Positions 39,888-53,172 of a stretch of DNA of 64,000 bases are shown here, one piece after another. A program made the position numbers and the translations under genes. The stretch is from NCBI GenBank assembly GCA_951406725.2, contig OX597814.1, positions 97,216,001 through 97,280,000 on the forward strand. Reading direction: 5' to 3'. A model generated the notes under the pieces. That model searched no databases. It saw only the letters and a program-made list of their open reading frames with translations, and was not told the DNA's origin. This stretch comes from Octopus vulgaris (lineage: Eukaryota). Numbering within the stretch: the first letter of the stretch is position 1; each line of letters begins with the position of its first letter.

Positions 39888-39930
39888 GCGCACACACACA
39901 GAGACAGACAAACACACACACACACACACA

Positions 39931-39970
<40 letters not shown>
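39818..39970. repeat. (CA)n/(CT)n microsatellite
   Basis: Directly visible. Confidence 0.95.
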
Positions 39971-39973
<3 letters not shown>

Positions 39974-40906
39974 TGGTAGTCTCACATAGTCTGGGAAAGA
40001 CATGCAATTTCTTGCTGAAAACTGGTACAGATGATTTGATTATCATGATCAACTGTTTGTGCTCAATCTCTCCATCAAATCGACATTGGTGGAACAGGTG
40101 GAAGGTGTACCACACGTCAGGTGTTGAAGTGATTGCAGAGCCACGTGTGATGAAGTGCTTTGCTTAAGAACACAGCACACCACCCAGTTCAAGATTGAAG
40201 TCATGGATCTTGTGATTGTGAATGCAGCACCTTAACCACTAGGCCATGTGCCCTCATACATACATACATACATACATACATACATACATACATACATACA
40301 TACATAGATACATACATGCACACAAAATAATCTAGGGTAAGGAGGAAGCTATCTACAAATGAGAAAGGAGTGAATTTGGTAGAGCTAATCTTCATATCTG
40401 GAGCGTAGGAGTGTAACTACAGCTATTGGCTAGCTTCCATTCTGAGGTGATCAAATTAGTAGTTGAGTAGAGTGTTCTGAAAACATAGTTGCCACAGTAA
40501 GAACAAGGTGATGAAGTTCAGTGAGCTTTGTCAACAAAGACATTTTACTTTGGGAGAAGTGCAAATTGTATCAGACTTGTGTACTTAATGTGATGTTCTG
40601 GATGAGGGAAACATGGATGCTAAATGTTGAAGATAATCCCAGAACAGAAAGAAATGCAATGAATATGTTCCATTGGATGTGTAATGTAAGTGTACATGAC
40701 GATGGAGGACAAATGAGCTAAGAAAAGAAACTGGGTATGAGAGGAATCAGATGTAGGTGTGTAAGAGAGAAGACTTAACTGCTATGGACATGTGGTGCAC
40801 ATATAGGATGAGAACTAGACAAAGAAATGCCAAGCAAATATAGAGGGAAGAACCTGCAAAGATAAATAGACTCTGCAGTCCATTTCGGACAAACACTCAG
40901 ACAGAA

Positions 40907-40948
<42 letters not shown>

Positions 40949-41830
40949 CGACAAATGCACACATAGTTTACCCTCCCACCCAAGCCACCCACAAACTCAC
41001 GCACATTAGATGCAGGCATTCCTATAAGGTTAAGAAGTGCACTTCTCAACCATGGTTATGGGTTCAGTCCCACTGTGCAGTACCTTAGGCAAGCGTCTTC
41101 TACTATGGCCCCAGGCTTGCAAATGTGAGGGAAGTTGGTAGACAGAAATTTCATGAAGCCTGTTGTGTATGCACCCCCCCACACACATATGAACATGCAT
41201 GTGTGTGAGAATGTATGCATGTGTGTGCATATGAGAGGGTATATGAAGTAAAAAAAAAACTTGATTGATAATTCATTAAAGAATAATCTCTTTTAGACAC
41301 CAACTAAGATATTAGAAACCTTTGTGCTTGAAGTATTACAAATCACATGGATACAAAAACATAGAGACAAATAAAACTGATGAACTCTATATATGATATT
41401 AACTACAGTTAATACTTTCATCAAAATTATTTCTGAAGATTTTGAGTAGTCAAAGAAAAAGTTCCTGAAACAAAGTTTTGTAAACCATATTTCTTTCCTA
41501 TTTCTTATATTTCAGTCAGGACAAGTAGAAATCAATGGAAAAAAAAAAAGAAGCTTCTTACATTTAAAGAACATTTTATTGTTGTAAGAGGATATAAATG
41601 TGTTACAGGAAATGATATAATTAAACTGAATCTAATAACTTTACTGATAATATGTGCAAGATATTTAAATATATTTGATACATTTTTTTAAAAATGAAAT
41701 TATATGTGCACTAATGGTGATATTTAACATAAAAGCAAATCAAGAACTAATATGCATGCATAAGAGCAATAATAATAAAATATATAAATTTATTAATAAC
41801 AATTTAGTTCTATATACATTGAAGTCTTAC

Positions 41831-41981
41831 CTGACACCGAAGAGATCGGTAATTTCTCCACCCCAAATCCACTAAAAGATCCTGAGCAAGTGAATACTGT
41901 TGGCACATATTCAATGTGTTCCCAATGTTTCTCAAGTGCAGGTCCCCAATCAGCTTCAGATTCACAAAGGAACCGTATTCT
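41831..41981 (-). CDS. SLC6 exon, proximal C-terminus
   Basis: ACAACAG|RIRFLCESEADWGPALEKH...PISSVS G|GTAAG; the WGP motif is typical of SLC6 C-termini; ends phase 1. Confidence 0.9.
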
Positions 41982-42329
41982 CTGTTGTAGTGTAGTTATT
42001 GCAAAGATATTATTAGGTATTTTGTCCATGTATAGAATAAGGTTAAATTATTTGTGAATGAGAAAACATTTACAGATCATGTCTCAGATGTATGGTAAAT
42101 GTAAACATTATGTATATCTTATTATTTTAATTTGTGAGCAATAGAAATACATTTTATAAAAACAAAAGCTACTGGTTACATAAAATACTACAAAGTGTTC
42201 AAATGAAATTACTTTTGATACAAAAATTATTGATTTCTAACTTATGGCCCAAGGCTCTACATTTTGAGTAACTTTGGTAAGGATCAGATCTAGAACTCAA
42301 AGAATCATAGCTAAATACTACAGGAATTT

Positions 42330-42905
42330 TGTCTGATGTTTTACTGATTCAGGCAAACCATTGCAATTGCTTTTACAATTAAAGGTGAGAAGTAGGAGGT
42401 TCAATTGGATGCTAGTATTGCAGGTGCTGACACTGTAATGTACCAGCTCCAGTATTTGAACCTCAGCAGAGGAGAGGTTAGGAAAAAGGCCAAACTTACT
42501 ATCTTCAGTTTGGTTTTTGTGCCTGTCTTCAGCTATGGTCATGAATACTGGGTAAAGACTAAAAGAGTACAATCATGAATACAAACAGCTGAAATGGGGT
42601 TTATCTGGAGGATTTCTTGGATATCAGGATGTCTCTCCATGTTGAGCTGAGACTTCTCTGCATTAAGAGGTCACAGCTCTGGTACTATGGGCATGGGATA
42701 AGAATATTTTAGGAAGGAATTGCAAAACAGACTCTTCATGTCAAGCCAGCTGGCAGGAGACCTAGGGACAGACCAAGAATAAGATGGTTGGATAATATCC
42801 AAAGTCTCAGATGGTCATGCTTGGAAATCCAGCTGGAAAGTGTAATGATGGTTACTTTTGATTGGATCCTATGATGGAGGTGATTGAGGACTCTAACCTC
42901 ATGAC
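42330..42905 (+). mobile_element. RTE-like LINE 3' remnant
   Basis: IQTAEMGFIWRI, SQLWYYGH and RPRDRPRIRWLDNI motifs. Confidence 0.65.
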
Positions 42906-43015
42906 CCTCATTGCAGAAATAGTAGGCAAAAAAAAAAAGGAATACTTAATATAATGATAAAATATAAAAAGAAAGAAAAGAATGAAAAATAAGCAAAGCA
43001 ACAAATTTAACATAC

Positions 43016-43189
43016 TTCTTTGAATGTTCCTTCAGCATAAATTAATTTGGTAATTATACAGAATGGAATTGAAATAACAGGAACTGTCATGATAAAAAAT
43101 GCTGCTATATCTGACCAGTATGGATAGGCTGATGACACGAATTTTTCAGCTAAGGGTTTGTAGTCTATTACAGAGAAGATGAGCACAAA
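43016..43189 (-). CDS. SLC6 exon, TM11 end to TM12
   Basis: CAACAG|FVLIFSVIDYKPLAEKFVSSAYPYWSDIAAFFIMTVPVISIPFCIITKLIYAEGTFKE|GTATGT. Confidence 0.92.
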
Positions 43190-46149
43190 CTGTTGGAAGT
43201 AAAGTTAAAAAAAGGAGAAAAAAAAAATAATCATGCATTTTGATATGGTATTTTATTTGATATTAATGTCATTTACTGCATAAGTGAATTAATGTTCATT
43301 TGAATTAATGTTCATTTAAATCAGTTAATTTTGCTATCCATATCACAGAGGCACAGACGTGACTATGTTGCTAAGTAGACTGTATCCCAACCATGTGGTC
43401 TCAAGTTCAGTCCTAGTGTGCACCTTAGGCATATGTCTTCTACTGTAGCCTAGGGTTGACCAAAGTCTTGTGAGTAGATTTGGTCAACAAACTGAAAGAA
43501 ATCTTTATATACATAGGCACAGGCGTGGCTATGTAGTAAGAAGCCTGTCGTATATATATAGTTCAAATTTACAGAAAATAAAATATGAAGACAGGTAAAA
43601 GAACAACAAGTAGGTGTATTAGTTTAACTATGTGTGTGTGTCTTTGTGTCTGTGTCTGTCCCCCTATCATTGGTTGACAACCGGTGTTGGTGCATTTACA
43701 TCCTTGTAACTTAGTAGTTCAGCAAAAGATACTGTTAGAAAATGTACTAGGCTTAAGAAATAAATCCTGGGGTTGATTTATTCAATTAAAAACCAGCATG
43801 GCTACAGCCAAATGACTGAAACAAGTAAAAGAATGTGTGTGTGTGTGTGTGTGTGTTTAACTTTGTCTTGACATCACATAACATCTGTAAACAAGCATTC
43901 CCATTATACAAGTGATATTACTCATTTCGAGTCTTCCTTAATTTTGCTTGGAAACAGGTGAGGGTTGGTGACAGGAAGGGCATCCAGCCATAGAAGGTCT
44001 GTCTCAGCAAATTTTGTCTGACCAATTCAAGTATGAGAAAGTGGATGTTGAATGATGATGATGATGATAATAATAATGATGACAATGAGGATGAGGAAGA
44101 GGATATCAAATTAAAGAGCAGCTGCTAATTAGCTATCAGCATTTTCTGTTTTGGTATTTTATTTATAGATAAAAGGAGAATGGAGTCCTTTGAAAATTTA
44201 CAAATTTTCATATTTTTTAACCCTTTAGCATTCTGATTACTCTGTTAAATGTAATACTTAGTTACATTGTTTTGAATTGATCATACCTTATCTCCTGGTT
44301 TTGAGATTTTGATGGTACAATGGTTTATCTTTAGGATCTCATTGTAGAGTAGGTGCAAGAAGACAAATTTGGCTGGTTAAACATAAAACAAGTGGAATTT
44401 TGGGCCAGGTTTAGATGCCTGGTTTAATTGCAATATATATTTCTTTATTTCCCACAGGGTGCTAAACATAGAGGGGACAAACAAGGACAGACAAACGGAT
44501 TAAATTGATTACATTGAACCCCAGTATGTAACTGGTACTTATTTAATCAGCCCCGAAAAGATGAAAGGCAAAGTCGACCTTGGCAGAATTTGAACTCAGG
44601 ACGTAGTGGCAGACGAAATACCACTAAGCATTTCGCCTGGCCTGCTAACGTTTCTGCCAGTTCGCTGCCTCAGTAACAAAAATAACAACAATAATAAAAA
44701 CAAGAGCACTCAGAGAGTGCAAACTTCTGCCAAGGCAACACCAATGTCTTCTCAATGATTAGCCAGAGATGATTAGAATGGGAATATCTGAAATAAACTG
44801 GACTGCTCTCACAAACGAGAATACTAAAAATTAACCTGACCGCTTTCAAACAAAAAATAATCTAAATATGTAACAGTAGACAAAATACTGCTAAGCATTT
44901 CGCCCTGCATGCCAACAATTTTGCCAGCTCGCTACCCTCAAAAGCTTTACTGCAGTATAAGAGAATAGTTTAAGGCAGTGAGATGGCAGAATAGTTAGCA
45001 CACCGGGGAAAATGCTTAGAGGCATCTTACCGATCTTTACTTTCTGAGTTCAAATACCACTGAGGTTGACTTTGCCTTTCATCCTCTCAGGGTTGATAAA
45101 AGAAGCTCAAGTTGAGCACTGAGGTTGATGTATTCACACAACCTCTTCCCTGAAACTGTTGGCTTTGTGCCACAATTTGAACCAATGTAGGAGAATAGTA
45201 TCTGTTACAAACAAGTTGCTGAATACAAGTAGAATAAATCATTAAAAAAATTATCTAATTTTAATTATGAACTCTCAAATTTTACTTATTAAAATTGCTT
45301 AGATCAATTACATGATACTGACTATGTATTGTGACGCATCTGTAAGATAAGATGATAACCCCTGACAGCAATTGAAAGAATTTCTCTATGAGGGACAGAA
45401 TATTTTGAATATGTCCATAAGTATAAATATTTTGTCTTGCTCTAAGATATGATCTTCAGAAAGATATTGTAAAGTACAAAGAAAATATCGAACGTATGAC
45501 AATACAATGTATATATCTTTTATATATATATGTATATATCTATATATATTTTACTTGTTTCAGTAATTAAACTCTGGCCATGCTGGGGCACCACCTTGAA
45601 TAATTTTTAGTCAAATGAATCAGCCTCAGTACTTACTTTTAAGCCTGGTACTTATTCTATTGGTCTCTTTGCCAAACTGCCAAGTTATGGGGACATAAAC
45701 AAACATCACTAGTTATCAAGCAGCAGTGGGCAACAAGCACAAACACAAAGTCACACACACACACACACACATACACACACACACCCACGTATATATATGA
45801 CAGGCTTCTTTCAGTTTCTGTCTACCAGATCCACACACAAGACTTTGGTCCACCCAAGGCTGTAGTAGAAGACACTCGCCCAAGGTACCACACTTTGGGA
45901 CTGAACCTGGAACCATGTGGTTGGGAAGCACACACAAAATATAAAGAGAGACAGGATGAGATAACCAAGATGATCTTTGCAAACCTACTACAGCAATATA
46001 ACATAAAAAAAAAAAAAACCCAGAAAATCAGAAACGTACAAATAGAAAAGGTAACAACAAGTGAAAAGATTAAGATTTTAGCAGATAGCCCAGTAATAAC
46101 ATCAAACCATATAGAAACAATAAACCTGATATTACAACTTATAAAAGCA

Positions 46150-46790
46150 GTGAACCTGAAGTAATTTTTTCATCAGGCTCCTATAATCACTCTGCAAACA
46201 GAGCACAAGTTAATGCCCAAAAAGTAGTTGACTCAATGAAGAATGAAGTAATGAAAACTGGTACAATATCTTCACAGGAAGTAATTGCTACTACTGTACA
46301 AAATCTCCATGAGGAAACAAAATCACGGTGCAAACAATCCCTGGACTTTCACATAACATAACTGGAGGCAGCATGCTTTAGAGATTCCAGCACTTCCAAC
46401 TTGCAGGTCAGGGTTTGAAATTCCTGATACAGTTAAGTATTTAGAAGATAGGTCCTTGTTTTTGGGCCTTGACAGTGGCATTGATGACCCAAACAGAATT
46501 TTAGTTTTTCCCTCAGAAAAAGGTTTGGCTGATTTAGAAAGCTCCTAGAATTGAGCCTGTGATGGGACTTTCAAGGTATCTCCTAGTTTGTTGAATCATT
46601 TAGTGACACTACATATCATCACTGGAAGTTTGTATGTGCCCCAGCTATTTGCCTTACTTTCCGACAAAAAGAAACCTCATATCATCTTCTTCTGTCTTCT
46701 GTGTGTTATTTAAGACCAAATTGTCAACCCGTAACCTGTCTCATGGACTTTGAAAAAGCTCCCCATAATGCATTTATTTCTCTATTTTTC
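46150..46790 (+). mobile_element. MULE transposase remnant
   Basis: CDGTFKVSP, LFALLSDKK and MDFEKAPHNAF motifs, broken frames. Confidence 0.7.
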
Positions 46791-47135
46791 TTTTAGGATG
46801 ATGCAGAAATTACCAAAATTTTTTTTAAAATTCCAAAATATCCTCCAAGAGTTCTCCATGAATCTTGGAGTATTTTTAAAAATTTAAATCTTCAGATTCA
46901 GTCCTCATGAATTTTCAAGGCATTAAACATTAGTTTAGAGAAAAATTAATGAAATTTATCACTTGGGTTAATTATAACATATTACATTAGACCAAGTTAA
47001 TACTTGGCTGAATAAAAGAATATTATTCTTATCTCAGTTAAATATTCATCTGAAAAGGAAAAACAAAATTGCACCCTTAAAATACAATCATTAAGATATA
47101 CTAGAAAATAAATAGAAATAAGTACATATACTAAC

Positions 47136-47333
47136 CAGAAGTATGACAGGGGATACACCCATCCACAATATTCGCCAAAACCAGCTGACTTTGTGTTGAA
47201 TCATATGTGTGATATTTGCACAAAACCGTTTTACACCGTAAACCCATGCAATTGCTACACACATACAGATACCTATAATCATCACGGGGAATCCTGTACA
47301 CTCGTCCATCAGTTGTAAAATATAGAGTCCTCC
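47136..47333 (-). CDS. SLC6 exon, TM10-TM11
   Basis: TTTCAG|GGLYILQLMDECTGFPVMIIGICMCVAIAWVYGVKRFCANITHMIQHKVSWFWRILWMGVSPVILL|GTTAGT. Confidence 0.93.
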
Positions 47334-47391
47334 CTGAAAATTGAATCAATATAATTTAAGTAAAGTTAAAATAAATTTAGTAAACTTATCA

Positions 47392-47430
<39 letters not shown>

Positions 47431-47489
47431 GTAATAGAAATAACTACAAGGGTATCAAACTGAAGGTCACAGTGAGGGTCATAGACCAT

Positions 47490-48690
47490 CTCATTAGGGA
47501 CAGAGTCTGCTTACATGAGATGCAGTTCGGTTTTGTGCCAAGTAGAAGCACTACTGATGCCATATTCCTGGTTTGACAACTGCAGGAGAGATACCTAGCT
47601 AAAGATAAACCCCTATACTTAGCTTTTGTGGAGTTGGAGAAAGCCTTTGACAGGGTCCCTCAATCCCTTATCTGGTGAGCGATGTGGAAACTGGAGATTG
47701 ATGAATGGTTAATATGGGCTGTACAGGCCCTATACAGAGAGGCCATTAGTAAGGTTAGGATTGGCAATGAGTATAGTTAAGAATTCTGGGTAGAAGTAGG
47801 GGTCCACCAAAAGCCCTCAGTCCCCTTTTATTCATCATGGTCCTCCAGGCAATAACAGAGGAATTCAAGATGGGTTGCCTCTGGGAGCTCCTCTATGCTG
47901 ATGACCTGGCCCTCATAGTAGAATCACTAGCGGAACTAGAAAAGAAATTTCAGGATGGAAGCAAAGTTTAGAATCAAAAGGCCTTAGAGTTAATGTCGCA
48001 AAGACCAAAGTTCTAGAAAGTAGGAAGGCAAATTCATCACACACACCCTCAGGTAGGTGGCTCTGCACAATCTGTAGGTAGAAACTCCATAAGATGTACC
48101 CAGTGTAAGCTATGGGCACATAAGAGGTGCAGCAACATCAAAGGAAGATTAACCGAGAAGATAGCTTTCGTGTGCGGCAGATGCACAGGGGCAATAAATA
48201 CCACAGATGCTCAGAAAACAGATTCCATCACACTCCAGGGGAAGAAACTAGAAGTAGTTGATAGCTTCCATACCTAGGTGACCAAGTTAATAGTCAGGGT
48301 GGATGCTCAGAGAGTGTTATCACTTGAATAAGAATAGCCTGAGTAAAGTTCAGAAAGCTTCTACCCCTACTGGTGACAAAGGGCCTCTCGCTCAGAGTGA
48401 AAGGTAGATTGTACGATGCATATGTGTGAACTGCCATGCTTCATGGCAGTGAAACATGGGCCGTGACTGCGGAGTACATGCATAGGCTCAAAAGAAATGA
48501 AGCTAGCATGATCCGCTGGATGTGTAATGTCAGTGTGCACACATGACAGAGTGTAAGCACCTTGGACATAAGAAGCATTGGATGTGGCGTGCAAGAGAGA
48601 CGTTTGCGCTGGTATGGTCATGTACTATGGTTGGATGAAGAGAAATGTGTGAAGAAGTGCCACTCCCAAACAGTTGAAGGAATTCAGGGT
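47490..48690 (+). mobile_element. RTE-clade LINE fragment with PHD-like finger
   Basis: AFVELEKAFDRVP, LLYADDL (YADD at 47894), C4HC3 pattern at 48064-48184, RRLRWYGHV; several stops. Confidence 0.85.
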
Positions 48691-48858
48691 AAAGAGTCTT
48701 GCTCAAGAACACAACACGCAGCCTGGTCCGGGATTCGAGCTCACAATCTCACGATCGTAAGCTCGACGCTCTAACCACTGAGCCATGTGCCTTCACTATA
48801 TATGTATATATATATATTTAGTGAAGGGAAGAAATGGAGCTGAGCGAAGATTCTACAT

Positions 48859-48965
48859 AATTCCTTTTATTATCTTCTACACATGTTTCAAAGGCCGCAA
48901 ATTTCCAAATTCGGATTGAATAAGGAGACCATTTGCAGCATTCTCTTCAGGAAAATCCAGGAATT
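48859..48965 (-). ncRNA. Type I hammerhead ribozyme (sense to the SLC6 pre-mRNA)
   Basis: Reverse complement of the 49433-49539 motif; CUGAAGA core at 48950-48944, GUA triplet at 48880-48878. Confidence 0.72.
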
Positions 48966-49432
48966 TAAAAATCCAAAACAAATGCGCAGCAAGGTAGAAC
49001 AAAGCGCTCCTTAGGAGCCCATGAAAGCACAAAACTGTCTCTCACTGTACGTTGACGTCTGGGGGGTGGTGGTGGAGGCCGACGAAAATGTCCGTTGGAA
49101 TCAATCGGGTTCAGACAGCGGTCAATCCTGGTAGTGGGAGAAATACTGAAAACCAAATGGTGTGAATATATTCTGTGTAATTAATGTTCAGATTGTTTTA
49201 AGAATTAAGGCTATCTAATATAGGTGTGGGACCCTGCCTACATGTATGTGTGTGCATGCCTGTGTAAGTGTGGGAGTCTGTCAAGCAGCGGGTGGAGGGA
49301 AAGAGAACTGCTGATTTTGTTGGTCGTGTCTGTGTGTCCGTCTGTGGTCAGTTTGTAAAGAGATAACTTGTCAAATCAAGGAGAACATAATTCTTGATCT
49401 CGCTTCTAAAAAAGTAGCGGACCAAACGCTAA

Positions 49433-49539
49433 AATTCCTGGATTTTCCTGAAGAGAATGCTGCAAATGGTCTCCTTATTCAATCCGAATTTGGAAATTTG
49501 CAGCCTTTGAAACATGTGTAGAAGATAATAAAAGGAATT
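49433..49539 (+). ncRNA. Type I hammerhead ribozyme
   Basis: Stem I AUUUUC/GAAGAU plus AAUUCCU/AGGAAUU beyond an internal loop; core CUGAAGA 49448-49454; stem II GCUGCAAAU/AUUUGCAGC; GAAA 49509-49512; minimal stem III C-AUGU-G; GUA triplet 49518-49520. Confidence 0.75.
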
Positions 49540-49729
49540 GTGTAGAATCTTCGTTCAGCTCCATTTCTTCCCTTCACTAAATATATCGAACTTCAATTAT
49601 CCGCGCTAAGGCACGGTTGAGACACCCCAAGGTCGTAACTTCAATCGTGTCTTTTCTGTTGTGATTTTTGCTACCCGGGATCGGTTAAATTTTGAATAAT
49701 CCTTAACAAGATAATTCATTTATCCATTT

Positions 49730-49770
<41 letters not shown>

Positions 49771-51118
49771 ATCAAATATAATGTATGCACATACACACAC
49801 ACACACATATATGCATGCATATGTGTGTTTGCATATATATATATATGCAAACACACATATGCATGCATATATATGTGTGTGTGTGTGTATGTGCATACAT
49901 TATATTTGATAAAAAGCAAAAAAAAAAAAAAAAACTATGAAAATCTGTTGGTTTCTTTGGTGCCACTGTAGAAATGCAAAGAGAGTTGTAAAGCACTGCA
50001 GGGTCATCAATACAGGTGCAGAAGTAGCCAAAATAAAATATGGAATAATATTGTTAATTTCAGCCAAGTTATTATGTCTTTTCTTGGTTTTATTTTTCGA
50101 CACTGGCTAATAGAAGTAAAACTTGATCTCTAACTTAGAATCACATGAATATGCATGTTAGTAAAATGAATATGTATATGCATGGTAAGTGTATATGCTT
50201 TCTCAATTACACATTCTGAGGACGATATATTATTGTTCTCTGTTGTCCTGAGAAAGTTGTTATCTGGTAGTTACAAGGATGACAAGATATTTGTTAAAGG
50301 AGACTTTAATGCTAGATTAGGGACTGAGCATGATATATAGCTTTCCCTGGGAAAACATGGCCTTAGTAAAACCAACAGCAATATACTGCATCTCCTGCAT
50401 TTATGCAATGACTATAACCTGGCTATCAGCAAGACTGTTTTTCTTCAAAAAAGCAAGTACATCTAGCAGTAGGAAATTCATGTGAACATAGAAAATGGAT
50501 GATAATAATGATGATAATGATGATATATATATAATACATGCAAACATATATACATACATAATATACATACACACACACACACACACATGCATGCATGCAT
50601 ACATACATTCATGCATGCATACATACATACATACATACATACATACATACATACATACATACATACATACATACATACATACATACATACACACATACAC
50701 ACAGAGCAATAGAAACTGATGTGGATTCTCCTAATCCAATTAATTTGTGGCACAGCAAAGATAGGTAAGACATTCCCAAAATTCTCCATCTGAGATTCTA
50801 ATGTGAATAGGTGCACACACCTGGGTGTATGCATCGACAATTCAACCAACATACCAACTTAACCACATATTTACAAACACTGGGAACTCTCTTAACTCAA
50901 AAAGTCTTGTTGCTTTGTTAGCAACCAGCTTGAACTCTCTCAAGAAGAACTCAAAGAAAAATCAATCATTCATTCATTTATCCATACATGCATACATACA
51001 TACATACATACATACATACATACATACATACATACATACATACATACATACATACATACAAACATACATACATTCATACATATATACATACATCAACAAA
51101 AATAGTTATGTTTCTTAC

Positions 51119-51363
51119 CTCTGTTGTCATAGGTAAACCCATGAAGTAAAGTAACATACAAACAATAAATAACACTGTCACTCTCTTTTTACGCAAAACT
51201 TCAATTTTTTCATCAATAATAGCAGTGACAACAGTTTCGACAACGGTAATTTCTGTGCTTAAACCCATCATTACAAGCATCAGGAAGAAAAGGATTGCCC
51301 ACAGTGGGGCTGCTGGAAGGTATGTAAGGGCAGCAGGATAAGCTGTAAATGCAAGTCCAACAT
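51119..51363 (-). CDS. SLC6 exon, EL4-TM8-TM9
   Basis: CTCCTAG|DVGLAFTAYPAALTYLPAAPLWAILFFLMLVMMGLSTEITVVETVVTAIIDE...GLPMTTE|GTAAG. Confidence 0.94.
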
Positions 51364-53172
51364 CTAGGAGAAAAAAAAAAGGGATTTTAAATGTTAAAAT
51401 TAGTTTATAGAAATGTAAAATATTTAAATAATATCAAGAATAATTTAATTTTCATTTTTTGTTTCGTTTTTAAGTTTACAATATAATCTCATAGAAAATA
51501 TATGACAACTTAGCACGTTTTGTTTTTACCCATCTGAATCTAATATCGGCAATTAAGGCATAGAACAGAAAGTCATGATATAGGGAGCAGTCATGAGCAA
51601 ACAGCAGCCTGCAGGACTTTCTGAATAGCATGCCTAAGTGAAAATTTACCTTGTATTTTTTTAGCAGTATGGCCTGTCTGATGGTTAGCCATGTCTCATG
51701 CAACCTGCTTCTCATAAAAGTTGCCCATGCCTGTTTGAGAAACTTAAACATTCTTGTTCTTATGTCACTGATAAAGCAAATGTTCATCTATTAACAACAT
51801 TAAATGTTTATTACTGACAATAAAGCTGGTGTTATTTTTCTTTCTTCGAAACCTTACCCTTTCTTATTACATAAAAGCTGATATGTTTAAGCTTATAAAG
51901 ACCCTTCTGGGTGACCACTTGACCGACTAGAATAGTATCCAAGTCTTATAAACAAAAGTATTCAGGTTACATCCATTTTGTCTTTTATTCAGGTATATTG
52001 TACACTGGTTGATATTACAGGATGACTTTAAAAGTGGCATATATAGTGGTTGTTGTACTGGGTGCACTGCCACACCCAATGCCACCAAATTTCATGCAGG
52101 AGTAAACAAAAGTTTTCATTAAAATTTGCAATTAAATTTATGAGTAAGGTTAATATTTATAATGAATTTGCCATTTTTGATGGGTGTACAGTGCACATCT
52201 AGCACACCCAGAATATACACCCCTGGACCTTAGAGCAACAAGTTGACAGAATTGTTAACATGCCGGGTGAAATGCTTAGCAGTATTTCATCTATCCTTAT
52301 GTTCTGTGTTCAAATTCTACTGAGAGTGAATTTGCGTTTCAGCCTTTTGGGATCAATAGAATAAGTGCCAGTTGAGCATTGGAGTTGTGTAATCAACTCA
52401 CCCCCTCCTTCGAAGTTGCTGGCCTTGTGCCAAAATTTGAAGTCGATATTACTGGATGACATTATCCAATACATGATTCTTTTTAAAGATGGCAAGTTGT
52501 GATTTAAAGAGAATTTGGTTATTTCTATAAGATCTAATTGATAACTTAGATTTTAAATGTCAAATTACAACTGAGAACTCTTTTATTCTTTTACTTGTTT
52601 CAGTCATTTGACTGCAACCATGCTGGAGCACCCCTTTAGTCAAGCAAATCGACCCCAGGACTTATTCTTTGTAAGCCTAGTACTTATTCTATCAGTCTCT
52701 TTTGCCGAACCACTAAGTGACGGAGACATAAACACAACAGCATCGGTTGTCAATCAATGCTAGGGGGACAAACACAGACACACATACATACACACACACA
52801 TATATATATACATATATATGATGGGCTTCTTTCAGTTTCCATCTACCAAATCCACTCACAAGGTTTTGGTCAGCCTGAGGCTATAGTAGAAGACACTTGC
52901 CCAAGATACCACGCAGTGGGACTGAACCCAGAACCATGTGGTTGGTAAGCAAGCTACTTGCGATGCATGCAGCCACTCCTATGCCTATAAAATAAATGCA
53001 AGCTCACCAGGAAATGTAGTCTTACCAAACAAAGCAGTGCAATGTAAAGTTTAAACTAATTTCATTCGACTGAGTAATTTGACATCTTAAAATTAGGTAT
53101 TAAAAGCAAGAAAGTGGTAACTGTAGGCATTTAATCAGTGATAAATGAAGTAAAGTATTATAAGAGACTTAC

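Larger units (their letters stand above)
48812..49715. mobile_element. Penelope-like non-autonomous insertion with inverted ~155-bp arms
   Basis: 48812-48966 and 49432-49586 are reverse complements (about 3 mismatches); each has a hammerhead motif; flanked by (AT)n. Confidence 0.75.
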
